Virus record (IMG/VR): IMGVR_UViG_3300049460_000260
Source: an uncultured virus (IMG/VR IMGVR_UViG_3300049460_000260)
Taxonomy: Duplodnaviria > Heunggongvirae > Uroviricota > Caudoviricetes
Reading direction: 5' to 3' (one strand)
DNA: 20,000 bases
The notes under the pieces were generated by a model, which was given only the letters and a program-made list of their open reading frames with translations, ran no database searches and was not told where the DNA came from. The number at the start of each line of letters is the position of its first letter. Positions within the stretch are counted from its first letter, which is position 1. Made by a program: the position numbers and the translations under genes. Positions 8,192-16,088 of the stretch are shown here, piece by piece.

Positions 8192-8959
8192 GTGGAACAC
8201 GACCTGCAGAAAGTCAAAGAGCGCATCGCCAAACTTCTCGCGATGGCCAAGGACGCATCCAGCCCCAACGAGGCAGCGATTGCAGCCCAGCGCGCACGCG
8301 CGATGATGGACAAGTACCAGCTGGACGACTACGACATCAGCGAAGCCGTGCCTGACGTATTCGGAGAGCAAGACGCAACGCGCGCCTTCGCTGCGATCCC
8401 ATACCACATGGACATCCTTGCGGTTGCGGTCGCGATGTACAATGACTGCCAGTTTATCTTCTATACGGCGCGTATGGACTACAAGATGGAGTCCAAGCAG
8501 AACCAAAACGACAAGCTGGGTGGCGGCAACGCGAAGCGGTACGGAAAGAAAGGCGTCTTTCGCGGATACAAGCGCGACATCGAACTGGCCAAGCTGATGT
8601 TCGACAACCTTTGCGCAAACATCGACGCACTCTGCAAGAAGTACATGCAGGCCAACTATCCTGGCCGATACAGCGTGCGCATTGGCGGAGAATATAAGGC
8701 CGCTGCCGCACGAGTCCTTTGCTCCAAGTTCCGCGAGATGACGGCAGAACGCGATGCGTTGACCTTCTCCACCGGCACATCCCTCGTCGTCGTTAAGTCC
8801 GCAGCGGTCAACGCGGCGTTCGGAGATGTCGAGTACACGAAGAAAAGCAAAGGCTCTTCAGTGTCTGACTACGAGTCGCAGATTGAAAACGAACGCGCAC
8901 GCGCAGCAGGCCACATCGACGGCCACAAGATCGAAATTATCAAACGTCTGGACGACTAA
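8192..8959 (+). CDS. DUF2786-domain protein
   Basis: N-terminal KVKERIAKLLAMAKDASSPNEAAIAAQRARAMMDKYQL matches the DUF2786 pattern. GTG start with AAAGGA SD. Confidence 0.85.
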   Translation: MEHDLQKVKERIAKLLAMAKDASSPNEAAIAAQRARAMMDKYQLDDYDISEAVPDVFGEQDATRAFAAIPYHMDILAVAVAMYNDCQFIFYTARMDYKMESKQNQNDKLGGGNAKRYGKKGVFRGYKRDIELAKLMFDNLCANIDALCKKYMQANYPGRYSVRIGGEYKAAAARVLCSKFREMTAERDALTFSTGTSLVVVKSAAVNAAFGDVEYTKKSKGSSVSDYESQIENERARAAGHIDGHKIEIIKRLDD

Positions 8960-8961
8960 CC

Positions 8962-9534
8962 ATGAGAATTTTGAACGCGAAGTTGGATAGCATCTACTTT
9001 TTTGAGCCTGACGAAGAGAAGAAGAAAGCGGAGATTGCCAGGCGCGTGGAGAAGCGAAGGGCAACGCTTTCACGCCTTTGCATACGCTTCGATCCTGAAG
9101 TGGATTTGACCGACTCAGTAGGTGTGGCGATCACAGAGAGTCAGCTGGCAGACCTCATGATTGCCGGTGAGAAGGCTGACGTCAAAACGTCTGTGGATCT
9201 AACCGATGACCGGATGCTTCGAGCGGTCAAGACGCTCGAAGTCCTAACCGAGAAGCTGGACAAGTTCTCCAACGGCCTTCCGGAAGTTCAAGGTGCCATG
9301 TACAACGAGCGCGTCGAAGTCCACACGCCTGGTATGGGCCTGATGCTCTTCAACCGCGTCATGCTTCTCCAGGATGCCTGCAGCGATGCGCTTCAATCGG
9401 AGATGGACAACGGCTGGCGTATCGTCGCCGCGTGCCCACAACCGGACCAGCGACGACCTGACTACATCCTGGGCAGGTACGATCCTGCTTATGCGCTCGA
9501 ATCCGGCGCTGGACATTCAGCCTTGAGAGGCTAA
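8962..9534 (+). CDS. Phage hypothetical protein
   Basis: 190-aa ORF packed into the operon. C-terminal DACSDALQ..GWRIVAACPQPDQRRPDYILGR looks like a recurrent phage motif. Confidence 0.8.
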   Translation: MRILNAKLDSIYFFEPDEEKKKAEIARRVEKRRATLSRLCIRFDPEVDLTDSVGVAITESQLADLMIAGEKADVKTSVDLTDDRMLRAVKTLEVLTEKLDKFSNGLPEVQGAMYNERVEVHTPGMGLMLFNRVMLLQDACSDALQSEMDNGWRIVAACPQPDQRRPDYILGRYDPAYALESGAGHSALRG

Positions 9535-9565
9535 CCGGGCAATCGCCCATTCACAAGGAGTACTT

Positions 9566-9967
9566 ATGAAACGCACGCGCATCGCCATGGCACTTGCCTG
9601 CGGCCTTTCCATCTTCGCCCTTTCCGGTTGCGACATGTATCCGCCGTACAAAGTGTACTCGCAGCGCATGGAAGGCGAAGCGGAGTTGGCCAAAGCGAAC
9701 TCTTCGAAGCAGGTCAAGGTGCAAGAGGCAATCGCCGCTGAAGAGTCGGCGCAGCACTTGGCCAACGCGGAAGTTATCCGCGCTCGCGGCGTTGCTGCGG
9801 CCAACAAGATTGTCGCTGACGGCCTTGGCGGTCCGGAAGGATACTTGCGCTATCTGTATATCCAGACGCTGGAGAACACCAAGAACCAGATTGTGTACAT
9901 CCCCACCGAAGCGGCGCTGCCGATTCTCGAAGCAGGTCGCGCGACGAAGCCGGTGGACGTCAAGTGA
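9566..9967 (+). CDS. Lipoprotein resembling the C-terminal coiled-coil of SPFH/prohibitin-like proteins
   Basis: AAGGAG SD; basic N-terminus, hydrophobic stretch and LSGC lipobox (Cys22); EA-rich helix; YLRYLYIQ and IVYIPTEAALPILEAGR. Confidence 0.8.
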   Translation: MKRTRIAMALACGLSIFALSGCDMYPPYKVYSQRMEGEAELAKANSSKQVKVQEAIAAEESAQHLANAEVIRARGVAAANKIVADGLGGPEGYLRYLYIQTLENTKNQIVYIPTEAALPILEAGRATKPVDVK

Positions 9968-10182
9968 ACGCACGGGCCAAGGCGTATCTGACCGCGCCGG
10001 TCAGCGTGTGGGAGTACGATATGAACGCGCTGCCGACCGGAACGAAGTGTATGCTTCTGAACCAAGGTGGCGTGGCCTGTCTCGGTTCGATCACGAACGT
10101 CACGCGCAGCCACTTTATCGCTTGGGCGCCCATGCCGAAGCGCGACAAGGAGCGCGAACGCGCGTTGGGGATCAAGGTATGA
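9964..10182 (+). CDS. Hypothetical protein (72 aa)
   Basis: GTGA overlap with the previous stop; ATGA overlap with the next gene. Confidence 0.75.
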   Translation: MNARAKAYLTAPVSVWEYDMNALPTGTKCMLLNQGGVACLGSITNVTRSHFIAWAPMPKRDKERERALGIKV

Positions 10183-10385
10183 AAGGCACCATCAAAGGGC
10201 AACCGTTCGTTGATACGCCGCGTGATGAGCAGGTCATCGCTATTACGCTCAAGGAGTATCACGCCCTGATCGCCAAGGCCGCGCGAACTTCTGTGACGGC
10301 GGCGATTGACGCGCGCATCGCCCTAATCGTCTCTGGGGCGGCGCTCGCGGTCGCACTTATCGGGGTTGCGAACATCTGGCACTGA
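10179..10385 (+). CDS. Small C-terminally anchored membrane protein (68 aa)
   Basis: ATG at 10179 is coupled to the upstream stop. C-terminal hydrophobic IALIVSGAALAVALIGVANIW. This is the real part of track ORF 9594..10385. Confidence 0.75.
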   Translation: MKGTIKGQPFVDTPRDEQVIAITLKEYHALIAKAARTSVTAAIDARIALIVSGAALAVALIGVANIWH

Positions 10386-10391
10386 CGACAG

Positions 10392-10427
10392 GTACACCGT
10401 GGATAAGTAGTACAATTCACGGTGTAC
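10392..10427 (+). promoter_or_regulatory. 10-bp inverted repeat enclosing a TACAAT -10-like box
   Basis: GTACACCGTG(10392-10401)/CACGGTGTAC(10418-10427), with TACAAT at 10411-10416. No good -35. Confidence 0.5.
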
Positions 10428-10444
10428 TACCGTCTGGAGGCCGA

Positions 10445-10597
10445 ATGGAATTTTTCGCATGCGCAGTGTTTATCGGCCTGATGTTTCTTTGGTCGTCTCT
10501 CGATCAAGTCAAAACAGCAGCGTCGTGTTTCTGGCTGGTGATCCTCTTCATCGGCTTCATCACATCACCAAACGATAAGACTGACACCACACACTAA
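10445..10597 (+). CDS. Small hydrophobic protein with two putative TM segments (50 aa)
   Basis: GGAGG SD; MEFFACAVFIGLMFLWSSLDQVKTAASCFWLVILFIGFITSPNDKTDTTH. Not in the ORF track. Confidence 0.65.
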   Translation: MEFFACAVFIGLMFLWSSLDQVKTAASCFWLVILFIGFITSPNDKTDTTH

Positions 10598-10608
10598 GGA
10601 GCCCAATA

Positions 10609-10782
10609 GTGTCCACAGCTGCACAGCAAATTATTATGGAGTCCGTAACAGTTGCAATCGGACTGATCGCGACAGTCCAACTATTCCTGGATCACACCGG
10701 AACGTTGGACTGTCGCGTCAAGATAGAAGATGAATTTAAAAGAAGGTCGCCGCAGAGCGCTTCGGACGGATCAGCGACATAA
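10609..10782 (+). CDS. Small hypothetical protein (57 aa) with a hydrophobic segment; overlaps the terL 3' end convergently
   Basis: TAAGGAG SD before GTG 10609; MSTAAQQIIMESVTVAIGLIATVQLFLDH... Confidence 0.5.
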   Translation: MSTAAQQIIMESVTVAIGLIATVQLFLDHTGTLDCRVKIEDEFKRRSPQSASDGSAT

Positions 10783-12250
10783 TCAGAGCATCAGCCACGT
10801 TCGGTGACTTAATCCCTCTGTCGCGCAGGTCGTCTTTACTCTCCACTTTGAACTTGCCCATTCTGTCTACATCCTTGTGGGGTGAGGCAAGTTCCATCTT
10901 GATCTTATCGATCATCTTCTTGCCCAACGTTTCCGAGTTCAAAGAGATGAGCTCATCAAACGGGTGCTTGACCCCTTTCACCACCGCCTCATAGGTCTTC
11001 CGGAACCGGACCGCCACTTCATCCCAGCGCTGCGCCTTGATGTTCGAGAAGTGCTCGCCGTTCGTGATCGTTACGTGCGGAAAGACCATGTATGCGCCCT
11101 TGGGATCGTCAACCGCGCCGCCAGCGTTAAACGGCTCGTACACAATCCTGCGCTTGTGCTCTTCGTTTAGGTCAGCGAACTTCGAGCCTGCGAACGCTCC
11201 CACGCCGATGGAGTCCCAAACAATGTCGGAGTTCGATTCGACGGCCTTGTTGAAGACCTTCGCGCACGACTTCAGCAACTCGTCTTCCAGGCCTTGCCAC
11301 TCGTCTGCTTTCATCACCACGTTGCCGACCGATTCGACAGTGGCATTCTTGTCCTTTCCATCGTCCGCAACGTCGAAGCCAATTGAGCGCTTTCCGGACG
11401 GCTCCCAGCCAAGCGTGATGTGCGCATCAATCGCGGCCAGGATGTACTTCATCGGTATGATGGACTTGTCCGCGCCCATCTTAGGCTGACCACCGTACAC
11501 GTGCACTGCCGATTCCGGCTCGCGCTTGTAGTAGTCGTAGATCACCTTCAACATTGTGATCGAGAGGAACGGGTTGTCCTGCCAGTTGATCTCGCGCGCT
11601 ATCGTATCCGCTGGAGGATTGACGACGAAGTTCTGATATACAAAGTCAGTGAACTCATCTGGGTTGAAGATGAGCCAGACTTGGGAGTTGTCCTTACGAA
11701 TGGTCGGTTCAATGACCTTCCACTGCTCTTCGTTCAGGTAGTGCGCCTCTTCGAGCCAGAGTATGTCCACGCCTTCAGTGGACTTGATCTCTTCGAGGTT
11801 GCGCGCGATACCGTAGAACAAAAATTCTGAGCCGGTCCGTTTGTGACGGATGGACGTCTTCAGAATCTCGAAGTCAGCGCGGTACGGACTCGCGTTGATC
11901 TTGTCCTTGATCAGCGTGTATACGGACTCGCTGATCCGGTTCTGGAATTGGCGGGCGCAGAGTATCTTGACCGTGTAGTTGGCCGCGAGGAACACCGCGT
12001 AGCCAGCGGCATCGTGCGACTTGGATGAGCCGCGCCCACCATACAGGACCTTGTAGCGGCTCTCCGTCTCCCAGAACTCGCGGAGCGCCGGATTCAGCGC
12101 GTACATCGGCAGCTGCTCATCGTTCGCCGCGACGGTCGCGGCAAACCGCGCTTCGTTTAGTGTGCGGTAGACTTCCAGCCGTTCTGGATCATAATAGGCT
12201 GCTGGAAGGATTACGTCCCTGTCGTCAGGTACGCGCAGTGGGAGTCCCAT
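10736..12250 (-). CDS. terL: Terminase large subunit, PB1-like
   Basis: Walker A YGGRGSSKS, Walker B ILWLEEA, motif IFNP, nuclease IGFDVA, WDSIGVG and SPNVADA. Alternative start at 12106 (MYALNPALR). Confidence 0.97.
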   Translation of the reverse strand: MGLPLRVPDDRDVILPAAYYDPERLEVYRTLNEARFAATVAANDEQLPMYALNPALREFWETESRYKVLYGGRGSSKSHDAAGYAVFLAANYTVKILCARQFQNRISESVYTLIKDKINASPYRADFEILKTSIRHKRTGSEFLFYGIARNLEEIKSTEGVDILWLEEAHYLNEEQWKVIEPTIRKDNSQVWLIFNPDEFTDFVYQNFVVNPPADTIAREINWQDNPFLSITMLKVIYDYYKREPESAVHVYGGQPKMGADKSIIPMKYILAAIDAHITLGWEPSGKRSIGFDVADDGKDKNATVESVGNVVMKADEWQGLEDELLKSCAKVFNKAVESNSDIVWDSIGVGAFAGSKFADLNEEHKRRIVYEPFNAGGAVDDPKGAYMVFPHVTITNGEHFSNIKAQRWDEVAVRFRKTYEAVVKGVKHPFDELISLNSETLGKKMIDKIKMELASPHKDVDRMGKFKVESKDDLRDRGIKSPNVADALIMSLIRPKRSAATFF

Positions 12251-12359
12251 AAGCTAGTGTTCCGTGGTTGTTCGAGCTATTCTAGCGGTTCAGCGGGGTT
12301 GGTGGACTATCAGAATTGATGACCGATAGAAATTATTAAGTCACTTTCCTCCACTGAAT

Positions 12360-12400
12360 CACAAAAATCTCTTGCCCACTGTGGTTTTGTGCTTCATACT
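12360..12400 (+). promoter_or_regulatory. Sigma70-like promoter TTGCCC-N17-CATACT, divergent from terL
   Basis: -35 at 12372-12377, -10 at 12395-12400. Shares TGCTTCATA with the promoter at 19003. CACAAAA/TTTTGTG inverted repeat flanks the -35. Confidence 0.6.
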
Positions 12401-12462
12401 CCTGTTTAAGCGCTGACGAACGAAGCGCGGAACCCAGAAAGAACCTAGAAAGGAGCGGTAAA

Positions 12463-13233
12463 ATGTCAACGATCAACATCACCGAAGCAAAAACGGCTGA
12501 CCTCGTCGCGTTCTACAACCTGAACATCGTCCGCTTTCCGGACGGTACGGTCATCAAGAAGTTCGCGGACCGCAAGACCGCTGAAAAGCGCGTTGCCGAT
12601 CTGGTCGAAAAGATCGCATCCCACTTCCCTGACGAAGAAACCCCCGAAGGCACCATCCCGAATCCGGACGGCGACGTTGAGATGGACGCTGCTGCAGAAG
12701 CGCTCGAAAACGAAGGCGGTTCGCAGGAAGGCGCTACGACCACCAACCTGAGCGAGATGCCCCTTGACGCCAACGGCATGGTCGCTGATGGCGCACCGGA
12801 AGAGCAAGAGGAAGACCCGGAAGTTGCGGCCAACCGCGCCGCCAAGAGCCACAGCGCCTTCAACGTTCTTCAAACGACCCTCGCCGCGCTGAACGAAGCC
12901 AGCGAGCGCGCCAAATCAGAAGGCACGAAGCCGGTCGCCAAGTCGTCGTCTTCGAAGGCTTCGAACAGCGACGGCGTTGCGGCCTCGTGGGTTGACTCGG
13001 ATATCCGCGCCGCTCGCCTGACGCGTGATGGCGTCGAAGTGAACCTGGACGGCAACTCGGTCGGCATCTTCAAATCGACTCGCGAAGCCTTCCGCGCCCT
13101 GCGCCTGCCGGACAACAAGCACATCCGGTTCCGCCTGAAGCTGAAAGAGTCTCACCGCGACCAGGGCGAAGGCGCGACCTTCGAGCACAACGGCAAGAAG
13201 TATGTCTTCACCATCGTACAAGTAGCAGAGTAA
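12463..13233 (+). CDS. Early hypothetical protein with acidic linker and basic C-terminal domain, possibly DNA-binding
   Basis: AAGGAG SD. N-terminal LVAFYN..KKFADRKTAEKRV and C-terminal AFRALRLPDNKHIRFRLKLK resemble a PB1-like early protein as I recall it. Confidence 0.85.
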   Translation: MSTINITEAKTADLVAFYNLNIVRFPDGTVIKKFADRKTAEKRVADLVEKIASHFPDEETPEGTIPNPDGDVEMDAAAEALENEGGSQEGATTTNLSEMPLDANGMVADGAPEEQEEDPEVAANRAAKSHSAFNVLQTTLAALNEASERAKSEGTKPVAKSSSSKASNSDGVAASWVDSDIRAARLTRDGVEVNLDGNSVGIFKSTREAFRALRLPDNKHIRFRLKLKESHRDQGEGATFEHNGKKYVFTIVQVAE

Positions 13234-13239
13234 GCTAGT

Positions 13240-13269
13240 TGGAACGGGTCCGGTCTTCCGGACCCTCCA
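13240..13269 (+). other. Intergenic hairpin GGGTCCGG-tctt-CCGGACCC
   Basis: Perfect 8-bp stem (13246-13265), extended by TGGA/TCCA. No U-tract. Confidence 0.55.
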
Positions 13270-13290
13270 GGCCCAGTCAGGAACGGAATC

Positions 13291-13449
13291 ATGGACAACC
13301 TCATCGAAGTACTCACCGCAATGGACAGCGCCATGCTTACTATCGCCGTAGGTGGCCTTCTGGGCCTGGCTTGCCAGCGTATTATCGGACGTTTCTTTAA
13401 GCCCAATTACTATGACTATGCTAAACCCTCAGCACGCGCAAACCCTTAA
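13291..13449 (+). CDS. Small membrane protein (52 aa)
   Basis: AGGA/GGA SD; MDNLIEVLTAMDSAMLTIAVGGLLGLACQRIIGRFFKPNYYDYAKPSARANP. Not in the ORF track. Confidence 0.6.
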   Translation: MDNLIEVLTAMDSAMLTIAVGGLLGLACQRIIGRFFKPNYYDYAKPSARANP

Positions 13450-13618
13450 GCCGCGAGCGCGGCAAGGATGGGGCGGATACTGGTTCGTCCGTTTTCCGGA
13501 TACGCCCGGAAAAGGCTACGCCCATCCGAGTGGCGACCTGGATAAGTCCATCTCCATCGCTCACCGCAATCGAATCGAAGACAACAACCGCCTTGCTAGG
13601 AAGTCTCCCGCACCATGA
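13412..13618 (+). CDS. Hypothetical protein (about 68 aa)
   Basis: ATG 13412 or 13418 within track ORF 13352..13618. ATGA overlap with the next gene. Confidence 0.6.
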   Translation: MTMLNPQHAQTLKPRARQGWGGYWFVRFPDTPGKGYAHPSGDLDKSISIAHRNRIEDNNRLARKSPAP

Positions 13619-14004
13619 ACAACGCAGTTCTCGTCTCACTCTCGCGCCGTCTCGCTGGCGCTGCTGGGCTTCTGATCGGCCATGGGCACGAGGATAGCAG
13701 CGAAGCGGTCAGAGAGGCAGCAAAGGCACTCCTAGCCAGCCAGATCGTTCTCGCGCTGGACAAGCCTAAGCCTGAAGACCTCGCTGCGCTCCGCGAACTG
13801 CGCCAATGGCACTTCGATCAAGCCAACGACTACGCCCACCGCGCAGCCGATCTCCAGAAGAAGGCATCCAGCCGAACATTCCAAGCCGATTCGCGCGACG
13901 CATTCGAGCGGACAGCAGACGGCTTCTCCAAGAAGTCCAACCAGCACCTGCGTTTCGTGCGCACGCTGAATTCCATTTTCGCGGAGTCTGATAAGGTGAT
14001 CTAA
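13615..14004 (+). CDS. Hypothetical helical protein (129 aa)
   Basis: Coupled start, followed by a terminator. Confidence 0.8.
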   Translation: MNNAVLVSLSRRLAGAAGLLIGHGHEDSSEAVREAAKALLASQIVLALDKPKPEDLAALRELRQWHFDQANDYAHRAADLQKKASSRTFQADSRDAFERTADGFSKKSNQHLRFVRTLNSIFAESDKVI

Positions 14005-14063
14005 GTGTCCAGCGCTCCGTTCGTTAGCGCACCAAACTCCCCAAAGTCTTTCTAGGTGTATTC

Positions 14064-14091
14064 ACCCGGCAGAAATGTCGGGTATTTTTTT
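14064..14091 (+). terminator. Rho-independent terminator
   Basis: ACCCGGCA-GAAA-TGTCGGGT followed by ATTTTTTT. Confidence 0.85.
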
Positions 14092-14164
14092 GATTCTCAC
14101 CTATACTCATAGTGCAGGAAAGAGATTGACTAACCCACTTTGATACGACCTAAGGAGATTGATC

Positions 14165-14470
14165 ATGATTGCACATACGACCGCACGTGAAGTCCTTCGC
14201 GTTACTGGCGTTCCGACGAAGAAGAGCAAGAAGGCTTCAGCGCAACAGAAGGCCATCCGGACGGCAGCGCCGCACTACATGACGGAAGTCCAGGCAGAAG
14301 CGCTCCGCGTTGCGGGCGAACAAGGCTGGGTCGCGCGCTCCATCGTCGCCAACGCGAAGGAGAAGCGCTGTGCCGTGTCGATCCAGAACGGCGATGAGGT
14401 CGCCTGGATCAATTCGGAAGGCAAACTTATTTCCGAAAACGACATGGTGAAAAACTCTGGTGCAGTGTAA
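14165..14470 (+). CDS. Hypothetical basic protein (101 aa)
   Basis: TAAGGAG SD 7 nt before ATG 14165. Confidence 0.8.
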   Translation: MIAHTTAREVLRVTGVPTKKSKKASAQQKAIRTAAPHYMTEVQAEALRVAGEQGWVARSIVANAKEKRCAVSIQNGDEVAWINSEGKLISENDMVKNSGAV

Positions 14471-14580
14471 CGGAACGTCACTGAATCGGGCTTACAATTA
14501 TCTCGCAGTTGATGTGAGTCGTTGTAAGCCCCTCGTTTGATGGGCGCGAACTTCCTTCCTTGGGTTCGCGCCTTCTTTTT
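14463..14580 (+). ncRNA. Candidate structured RNA or attenuator: three tandem hairpins ending in a terminator
   Basis: CAGTG..ACG-gaa-CGT-CACTG (14463-14483); GGGCTTACAA..CTCGCA-gttga-TGTGAG..TTGTAAGCCC (14488-14531); GGCGCGAAC-loop-GTTCGCGCC plus U-tract (14543-14580). Confidence 0.4.
14543..14580 (+). terminator. Rho-independent terminator
   Basis: 9-bp stem GGCGCGAAC/GTTCGCGCC followed by TTCTTTTT. Confidence 0.75.
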
Positions 14581-14605
14581 ATCCGCAGTCCTCTGGAGTA
14601 CCGCA

Positions 14606-14986
14606 ATGTCAAGATTCAGCCGTCCCCTGCCTGAGAAGGTCTCAGTGTCCTCTTTTGCCTTGGCGCAGATCATCAACGCGCTGAACGGCGCACCCCACCA
14701 CATCCGAGAGTTGCAAGCTGCGCGCGGCTGCGCTCTCGTCAGCAACCCAATCGACATCATTGAACGCGAGTTGATGGAGGCTCAGTCCACCACGGACTTC
14801 GCAGAGGCGTCTGCTGCGGCCCATGCAGAGGCGTCCGTTGAAGGCACGCTGCACAACTACAGGCGTCAAGGTGGCCTAAGCGTCAAGACCGTTCTGGAAC
14901 TCGCGGACCACTACCTGGTCACCAGCGACAAGGAACGCGCCAAGTTCAAGGCGCACATCGAAACCATCGCAGGAGAACAAGCATGA
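14606..14986 (+). CDS. Hypothetical protein (126 aa)
   Basis: GGAG SD before ATG 14606. The track start at 14537 overlaps the terminator. Confidence 0.8.
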   Translation: MSRFSRPLPEKVSVSSFALAQIINALNGAPHHIRELQAARGCALVSNPIDIIERELMEAQSTTDFAEASAAAHAEASVEGTLHNYRRQGGLSVKTVLELADHYLVTSDKERAKFKAHIETIAGEQA

Positions 14987-15258
14987 CCTTCGACTTCAGC
15001 CGCGCCAAAGTAAAGAGCGCGAAAGTAGGCAAGCCGGTCCACGTGGTCAAGGCTCTGCTCGACATCGCTGACGCGAACGCAGGCGTCAAGAACGTCGTGT
15101 CGATTGTCGAGCACGCGGCAGAGTATATCAAGGCGCTGGAGCGTGCCGTTCTGGAGAACGAAGCGGCAAAGATCACCATCGTGAACAACGTCTCCAATTG
15201 CGATCACAAGCACGCGCATTACATCATCGATACCACGCAGACTTGCGGAGTTCGGTGA
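14983..15258 (+). CDS. Hypothetical protein (91 aa)
   Basis: AGGAG SD and ATGA coupling. Confidence 0.8.
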   Translation: MTFDFSRAKVKSAKVGKPVHVVKALLDIADANAGVKNVVSIVEHAAEYIKALERAVLENEAAKITIVNNVSNCDHKHAHYIIDTTQTCGVR

Positions 15259-15500
15259 TGCCGGTCAACCACGAGAAGTGCAAGCGGTTCAAAGACACCT
15301 GGGCAGCGCCAGGATCGCAGCTTTACGGCGCGCTCGAAGACGGCGACAAGCGCAAGGCCGCAGAGGTCTACAATGAGTGCGAGAAGCGCCTGGCGTTGGA
15401 GCAAGGCCGAAGGTGCTACTTCACCGCTGACGGAACAATGATGGATATTCGCGCGGACGGCTCCGTGTCCCGCTCGGTCTTCGATGACGTGGACGAGTGA
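15258..15500 (+). CDS. Hypothetical protein (80 aa)
   Basis: TGATG coupling and GGAG SD; MPVNHEKCKRFKDTWAAPGSQLY... Confidence 0.75.
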   Translation: MPVNHEKCKRFKDTWAAPGSQLYGALEDGDKRKAAEVYNECEKRLALEQGRRCYFTADGTMMDIRADGSVSRSVFDDVDE

Positions 15501-15709
15501 TGAAAGCATCCGTCAGATTTCCCGTATCCATGATAGACGCGCACCGCAAGCACTGGATCAGGGCGCACCACGAAGGCCTGCCAGCGATGAAGGCCGATTC
15601 ACTGTTCAGGATCGCGCTGCACTGCGTCGCGCACGACAGGCTGGTTGACAAAGAGTACTGCGCGATCCTGAAACGTCCACGCCCGGTCGCCATATGCAAA
15701 GGAATTTGA
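15500..15709 (+). CDS. Hypothetical protein (69 aa)
   Basis: TGATG coupling to the previous gene. Confidence 0.65.
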   Translation: MKASVRFPVSMIDAHRKHWIRAHHEGLPAMKADSLFRIALHCVAHDRLVDKEYCAILKRPRPVAICKGI

Positions 15710-15742
15710 CATGGGCCATACAACGGACTGGTTAGGTGGTCC

Positions 15743-15973
15743 ATGCTGAGGTCAGGCGACATCGTCAAACATCAGGAATCACCATGCGAGGTCTTGTGCG
15801 TTTTCGAGCGCCTAGACCTCGTTTTTATTATCAACAAGCGGACTCTGTGTGCGAGTTATCTACACCCGGCTGAAGTAGAATTTGTGAGAAGGCCGGAAGG
15901 TAAACCACGCGGAGAAAGCAATGCGGATAATGAACTGCGCCAAGTGCGAAAGGGCGATACGAGAAGGCGATGA
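15743..15973 (+). CDS. Hypothetical protein (76 aa), possibly a small beta-barrel
   Basis: AGGTGG SD; MLRSGDIVKH start pattern. Confidence 0.6.
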   Translation: MLRSGDIVKHQESPCEVLCVFERLDLVFIINKRTLCASYLHPAEVEFVRRPEGKPRGESNADNELRQVRKGDTRRR

Positions 15974-16088
15974 GGTGAAGGCAGGTCAAGCCTTCTATCA
16001 CATCGGATGCGCGGCAAATACGTGGATCAGGCCGCGAGTGCACGAGTTCAGCGAAGGCGCGCAGCCAGTTGGTAAGGAGGCCGAATAA
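15921..16088 (+). CDS. Small zinc-finger protein, CxxC-x17-HxxC (55 aa)
   Basis: GGAG SD at 15911-15914; MRIMNCAKCERAIREGDEVKAGQAFYHIGCAANTWIRPRVHEFSEGAQPVGKEAE; TAATG coupling to the next gene. Not in the ORF track. Confidence 0.7.
   Translation: MRIMNCAKCERAIREGDEVKAGQAFYHIGCAANTWIRPRVHEFSEGAQPVGKEAE

Noticed and set aside
9594..10385. 263-aa ORF as one gene
   Set aside because: Overlaps two better-supported genes. Only the part from ATG 10179 has a coupled start and protein-like sequence.
10445..10597. Two-TM protein as a holin, and the 9566 lipoprotein as an o-spanin
   Set aside because: No endolysin or i-spanin nearby, and the genes lie in an early-type cluster on the strand opposite the late genes.
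14090..14135. TTGATT, TATACT and TTGACT hexamers as a sigma70 promoter
   Set aside because: No pair has a 16-18 bp spacing. A promoter is plausible after the terminator but cannot be placed.
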